Assembly (NCBI GenBank): GCA_050253075.1
Contig: JBFWJS010000002.1
Location: 288,001-352,000 of the forward strand
DNA length: 64,000 nt
Origin: Deferribacterales bacterium
GTDB taxonomy: Bacteria > Chrysiogenota > Deferribacteres > Deferribacterales > Geovibrionaceae
Direction: 5' to 3'
Part shown: positions 59,787 through 64,000 of the stretch, one piece after another
Layout: each line of letters starts with the position of its first letter
Numbering within the stretch: the stretch's first letter is position 1
Program-made: the position numbers and the translations under genes
The notes under the pieces: model-generated
Databases searched by the model: none
What the model was told of the DNA's origin: nothing
What the model saw: only the letters and a program-made list of their open reading frames with translations

Positions 59787-62700
59787 ATGAGATCAAAATT
59801 AAAATCTTTATTTATTTTCTCGGCTTTGGTTATCCTCCTCACCGGATGCGGGGTTCTCGACGGTGACGGCAATCATTCCGGGACGGAATCATCTGCAGGG
59901 GCAGACCTTGACTTTTACGGCGTGGCAGCCATAGGAGCACCTGCAGCGGGCTACACAGTTTATCTTCAGAGTGCCGACGGACAGCTTTTACAGGCTGTGG
60001 CGGACGGCAGCGGAGGATACTCCATAAATGCTAGAAACATACAGGCGCCGTACCTGCTCTGGTTTGAGCTGACAGGCGGAGAAAAGATATATGCAGTCAC
60101 ATTTCAGGACGGCGTGGTAAACCTGAATGCGATAACGAGCGCACTCACAAAAGCGGCGTACGCTCTATCAGGCGGAGAGGATGAAGACATCGACCCCGCC
60201 TCATTCAGCGAAGACAGGTTCGGCATAGCTCAGGACGCTCTGGCGGATTTCATGCAGCCGGTGCTTGCGCTTTACGGTGTAGACCACGAAGGCTTTAACT
60301 CTGTGCAGATGCCTGACTTCATAGCCGACGGATTCGGCGTGGACGGCATACTGGACGACTTCGAGATAAGCTACGACGACGCTTCCGAAGAGATAAAAAT
60401 AAGGATCAAGGGAACCGGTACAGATATAGGATCCCTCGATATAGACGGTGTTAGAAATAATGAAGAGAATGTCGATAACATAGATGAGACATCTCTCGCA
60501 TCGGTAACGGCCTCTATGGTGGCTAAAACAGCATCCAACATCACCTTCACTGCGATCGCGGGGGAGAATACTTCTGCTAATAATGTCGTGACAGCCCTCA
60601 ACCTTTTCACGACTTATAAGAACGGCACGACAGTAACATGGACAAGCAGTGACGAGGCCGTATCCACCGATGGAACCATCACAAGACAAAGCACCGACAC
60701 CACGGTAACGCTCACGGCGACTGTCGGCAAAGACGACTACACATCGACCAAGAGCATAATCATACTGGTGAAAGCGGCTGAAAGCACAGGCGGCGGTGAA
60801 GAGCCCCCCGCAGAATTCGACGACAGATACGACTTCCTAGGGAACAACCGCACGGCAGAAAGCGTGATACTCAACCTGAACATGCCGACATCGCTCTCAG
60901 ACGGCACAACGATAAGCTGGGCTTCCAGCGAACCTGAATACATAACCACAAACGGCGAGCTTCTCAAACGCCCTGCCGTATCCGAAGGTGATAAGATCGT
61001 CACTCTGACAGCCACAGAGACGAAAAACTCCATAACAGAGACCAACATATACACCGTTACGATACCGGCGATAATCCCACATAGGATGTCTTACGGATCA
61101 TTGATCAAAGAAGACGGAAGCCTCTGGCAGTCGGGTGAAATTGCTAATTATAGCGTCGGCATCGGCTACGGCGTCCACAATACATTCACACAGGAGATTA
61201 CCGGTGCATACGACTGGGTCTCCGTTTCTTCAAACACCTCATACACCCTCGCTATCAAATCAGACGGAACGCTCTGGGGATGGGGATTCAATCATGATAA
61301 ACAACTGACCTCAGACGACGTTCTCTTAGTCGAAACCCCGATACAAATAGGCACTGACGACGATTGGGTCTCAGTATCCTTGGGTATGTATCTAAATGTC
61401 GCCGTAGCTCTGAAAGCTGACGGGACAGCATGGGTATGCGGCAGTAATGACTACGACATAGTACCATCCGCAGACGGCGAGTCGGTACAGATCCCAATAC
61501 AGGAGCTCAGTCTGGCGAGCGACTGGGCAGATGTACAGGTGGGCTACCTATACATCACAGGCCTGAAGACTGACGGAACAATATGGAGCTGGGGGAGAAA
61601 TTACTTCGGCGGATTCGGAACAGCCAGATCATATGATCTGACCGCCACCCCCGTACAGGAATCGACAAAGGCCACAGACTGGTCTGCGATAGATGCCTAC
61701 TCCGGTACTGCTGCGGTGAAAAAGGACGGCACACTCTGGCTATGGGGAGGCGTTTCGATATCTTTGTTCGCCTCAGCCGAAGAAAGGGTAATCAAAAAGG
61801 CGGGCCCATCATTTTACTCCATAGAAGCTCCTATGCAGGAGCCGAGCCTGTCCACCGACTGGGTCAGACCATTCTTCGGATCCAGCATAGGCGGTGTGAA
61901 ATCTGACGGAACCATATGGAGCTTCGGCAGCGGAAAATCCTGTATCCTCGGCAACGGCCTTTGCGAAGACAGCCTTGAAATAGTGCAGGAATCCACCGCA
62001 AGCACAGACTGGATAGACGCCGTAACAGCGGGTGCAAACATCTATGCCCTCAAGTCCGACGGTTCCTTTTGGGGATGGGGATCTAACAACGGCGGAGAGC
62101 TCGGCACAGGTCAGGGCTATTTAACTACATATGAACCGGAAGTTTATGATAGAAAATCATTCGTTAAAGTAGATAGAAGAGGCGGAGGAGAATACTTCTG
62201 CGGAATTGAGGCAGACGGAGACCTCTGGTGTAAAAGTTATTACACCCCTTTCTTCTATCAGGTAGAAGGCTCATGGAGTGATGTCGTCACAGACGGATAC
62301 GGAGTATGGGGCATCAAAACCGACGGCACACTCTGGTTCTGGGGTTCAGACTATTACGGCTATTTCATGAACGGCGGGGCATATATGGAATATGACACCC
62401 CTACGCAGATAGGCACCGCCACATGGAAACAAATCGCCCTTGAAAAACACGACAGCGCATCCAGATATATGATGGGCATACAGACCGACGGCACACTCTG
62501 GGCAATGGGTAGAGACTCATACTATGACGGCAGTGCATGGGTCACAACCACCTCACCGACAAAGCTGAGCGACGATTCATGGAGCAAGATAGTACTGGGA
62601 AACTACCGCATGGCTATCAAAACAGACGGCACTCTGTGGGCATGGAGTTCAGGCGATTCCACAGGGCTGGGAGACACCATACCGCCGTCTTACCCTGTGC

Positions 62701-63152
62701 AGATAGGTACAGACACATGGAAAGATGTATCCATATCAAGAGGACAGTACGGCATCGGCGTCAAGACCGACGGCAAGCTCTACGGATGGGGATATTCATG
62801 GCAGTCATTCATGTTTGACGACAGCTACGACTACGATGTGCCGACAGCCATGTCAAACGCTGATACCGACTGGGAACGTGTCTGGGTAGGCTACGGCTAT
62901 TTCGCAGCTCAGAAATCAGACGGCAGCCTCTATACGGCAGGGAACAACGATGTCTATCCTGTGTATATGCAGGGGCTGGGAATCACCGAGACCAGCATCA
63001 ATACCCTCAGAAAGGTGGCAGGAACATACAACGATATCTTCTTCCTCTATGATGCCGTATATGCCAAGGGCACAGACGGAAAAGACTATACATGGGGCAG
63101 ACAGGGTTATTTAGAATTCGCCGAACCCAACCCTATAAAGATAATGGACTGA
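59787..63152 (+). CDS. Large lipoprotein with two Ig-like modules and 14 RCC1-like repeats
   Basis: Lipobox LLTGC; two W-x-S-S...VTLTAT modules; 14 copies of a xKxDGxxWxxG-type motif. Confidence 0.8.
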   Translation: MRSKLKSLFIFSALVILLTGCGVLDGDGNHSGTESSAGADLDFYGVAAIGAPAAGYTVYLQSADGQLLQAVADGSGGYSINARNIQAPYLLWFELTGGEKIYAVTFQDGVVNLNAITSALTKAAYALSGGEDEDIDPASFSEDRFGIAQDALADFMQPVLALYGVDHEGFNSVQMPDFIADGFGVDGILDDFEISYDDASEEIKIRIKGTGTDIGSLDIDGVRNNEENVDNIDETSLASVTASMVAKTASNITFTAIAGENTSANNVVTALNLFTTYKNGTTVTWTSSDEAVSTDGTITRQSTDTTVTLTATVGKDDYTSTKSIIILVKAAESTGGGEEPPAEFDDRYDFLGNNRTAESVILNLNMPTSLSDGTTISWASSEPEYITTNGELLKRPAVSEGDKIVTLTATETKNSITETNIYTVTIPAIIPHRMSYGSLIKEDGSLWQSGEIANYSVGIGYGVHNTFTQEITGAYDWVSVSSNTSYTLAIKSDGTLWGWGFNHDKQLTSDDVLLVETPIQIGTDDDWVSVSLGMYLNVAVALKADGTAWVCGSNDYDIVPSADGESVQIPIQELSLASDWADVQVGYLYITGLKTDGTIWSWGRNYFGGFGTARSYDLTATPVQESTKATDWSAIDAYSGTAAVKKDGTLWLWGGVSISLFASAEERVIKKAGPSFYSIEAPMQEPSLSTDWVRPFFGSSIGGVKSDGTIWSFGSGKSCILGNGLCEDSLEIVQESTASTDWIDAVTAGANIYALKSDGSFWGWGSNNGGELGTGQGYLTTYEPEVYDRKSFVKVDRRGGGEYFCGIEADGDLWCKSYYTPFFYQVEGSWSDVVTDGYGVWGIKTDGTLWFWGSDYYGYFMNGGAYMEYDTPTQIGTATWKQIALEKHDSASRYMMGIQTDGTLWAMGRDSYYDGSAWVTTTSPTKLSDDSWSKIVLGNYRMAIKTDGTLWAWSSGDSTGLGDTIPPSYPVQIGTDTWKDVSISRGQYGIGVKTDGKLYGWGYSWQSFMFDDSYDYDVPTAMSNADTDWERVWVGYGYFAAQKSDGSLYTAGNNDVYPVYMQGLGITETSINTLRKVAGTYNDIFFLYDAVYAKGTDGKDYTWGRQGYLEFAEPNPIKIMD

Positions 63153-63160
63153 TAATCACC

Positions 63161-63193
63161 AAAGGCTGTCGTAGAAATATGGCAGCCTTTTTT
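63161..63193 (+). terminator. Intrinsic terminator after the RCC1 lipoprotein
   Basis: AAAGGCTGTC...GGCAGCCTTTTTT. Confidence 0.75.
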
Positions 63194-63465
63194 ATTCCGC
63201 CCGTTAAGAATCGAACAAATGCGCATATCGTAAAAAGAGTATCTAAAAAATCAATTTCTCATTCACGCCTTTATGCTTATATATGAATACAATAAAATAA
63301 CACAATAAAAGTCTTTAATATCAACGGTGAATTTTATTTATTGACTCATTATTAAAAGCATTATATACGTTGCTAACACCGTTATGTTTTTCAAAATATA
63401 ACGGTTTTTAAACGGGCATCGTTATTCTCTATAAAAGATAACGATAACATTCGGAGGTTATTATT

Positions 63466-64000
63466 ATGGACGGAAAATTATCCAGAAGAGATGTCTTGAC
63501 CAGAGCGGCCGTGCTGGGGGCGGGAGCTGTGTTCGGCGGTCTTACCACTTCGGCGGCAAAGGCTTCCGAGGCTGAATCTCTCATGAAGCAGTGGCCATGG
63601 CCATATGAAAAACTCGATCCTGCCGTTACGGCAGAGATAGCATACAACGAATGGTACAACCTCGGCTGCGGAGGGACGGTCATCCACTCCGTATTCGAAC
63701 AGCTCGCAGAGATCGTGGGCGAACCATACAAATCTTTTCCCGTGGAGTCATTCGCAATATTCGAAGGCGGTATGGCAGGCTGGGGAACCATATGCGGGTC
63801 TGTGAACGGTGCGTCCGTCGTGGCTGCGCTCATAGTCGGCCCTCCTACATGGGAGGAGATATCAGCCATAATAGCTTCAAACACTATGGACTGGTACTCC
63901 CACGCAAATATGCCACTTTACGTTCCGCAGGAACCGAGGGCAAACAAAGACTCCATCGTACAGACAGTGAGCGACTCTCCCCTCTGCCACGTATCCGTGG
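63466..64000 (+). CDS. Tat-exported C-GCAxxG-C-C family protein (split-Soret cytochrome c-like), 3' truncated; absent from the ORF track
   Basis: GGAGG RBS; translates MDGKLSRRDVL...WPYEKLDP...GCGG...GWGTICGSVNG...SPLCHVSV, open to the window end. Confidence 0.75.
   Translation, partial: MDGKLSRRDVLTRAAVLGAGAVFGGLTTSAAKASEAESLMKQWPWPYEKLDPAVTAEIAYNEWYNLGCGGTVIHSVFEQLAEIVGEPYKSFPVESFAIFEGGMAGWGTICGSVNGASVVAALIVGPPTWEEISAIIASNTMDWYSHANMPLYVPQEPRANKDSIVQTVSDSPLCHVSV

Noticed and set aside
63429..63884. 151-aa and 69-aa minus-strand ORFs
   Set aside because: Shadows of the plus-strand gene starting at 63466.

Overview
64 kb of bacterial chromosome from an anaerobic respirer; the gene content suggests Deferribacterales (inference, not established). 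In order: a split TRAP transporter; radical SAM, amidoligase-like and GGCT genes; an MFS transporter; a Hyb-type [NiFe] hydrogenase operon; a structured non-coding region with a consensus sigma54 promoter just downstream of a sensor kinase/NtrC-type pair; a ribose ABC locus; a citrate lyase operon with an embedded PPC/DUF296 gene; a eukaryote-type PFK-2/FBPase-2; a two-partner secretion pair whose TpsA is frameshifted; a Fur-boxed siderophore uptake island with its own TonB system; a Tat molybdoenzyme operon divergent from an atypical MocR regulator; a 7TMR-DISM two-component system divergent from a double-RCC1 lipoprotein; and the start of a split-Soret-cytochrome-like gene. Best candidates for new biology: (1) a sigma54-driven multi-hairpin sRNA with repeated candidate enhancer sites, (2) a possibly leaderless amidoligase+GGCT module, (3) the PPC protein as a possible oxaloacetate decarboxylase, (4) the bacterial PFK-2/FBPase-2, (5) the orphan molybdoenzyme system. 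No rRNA, tRNA, CRISPR array or transposase was recognised. All family calls are from motif recognition by eye, not database searches.
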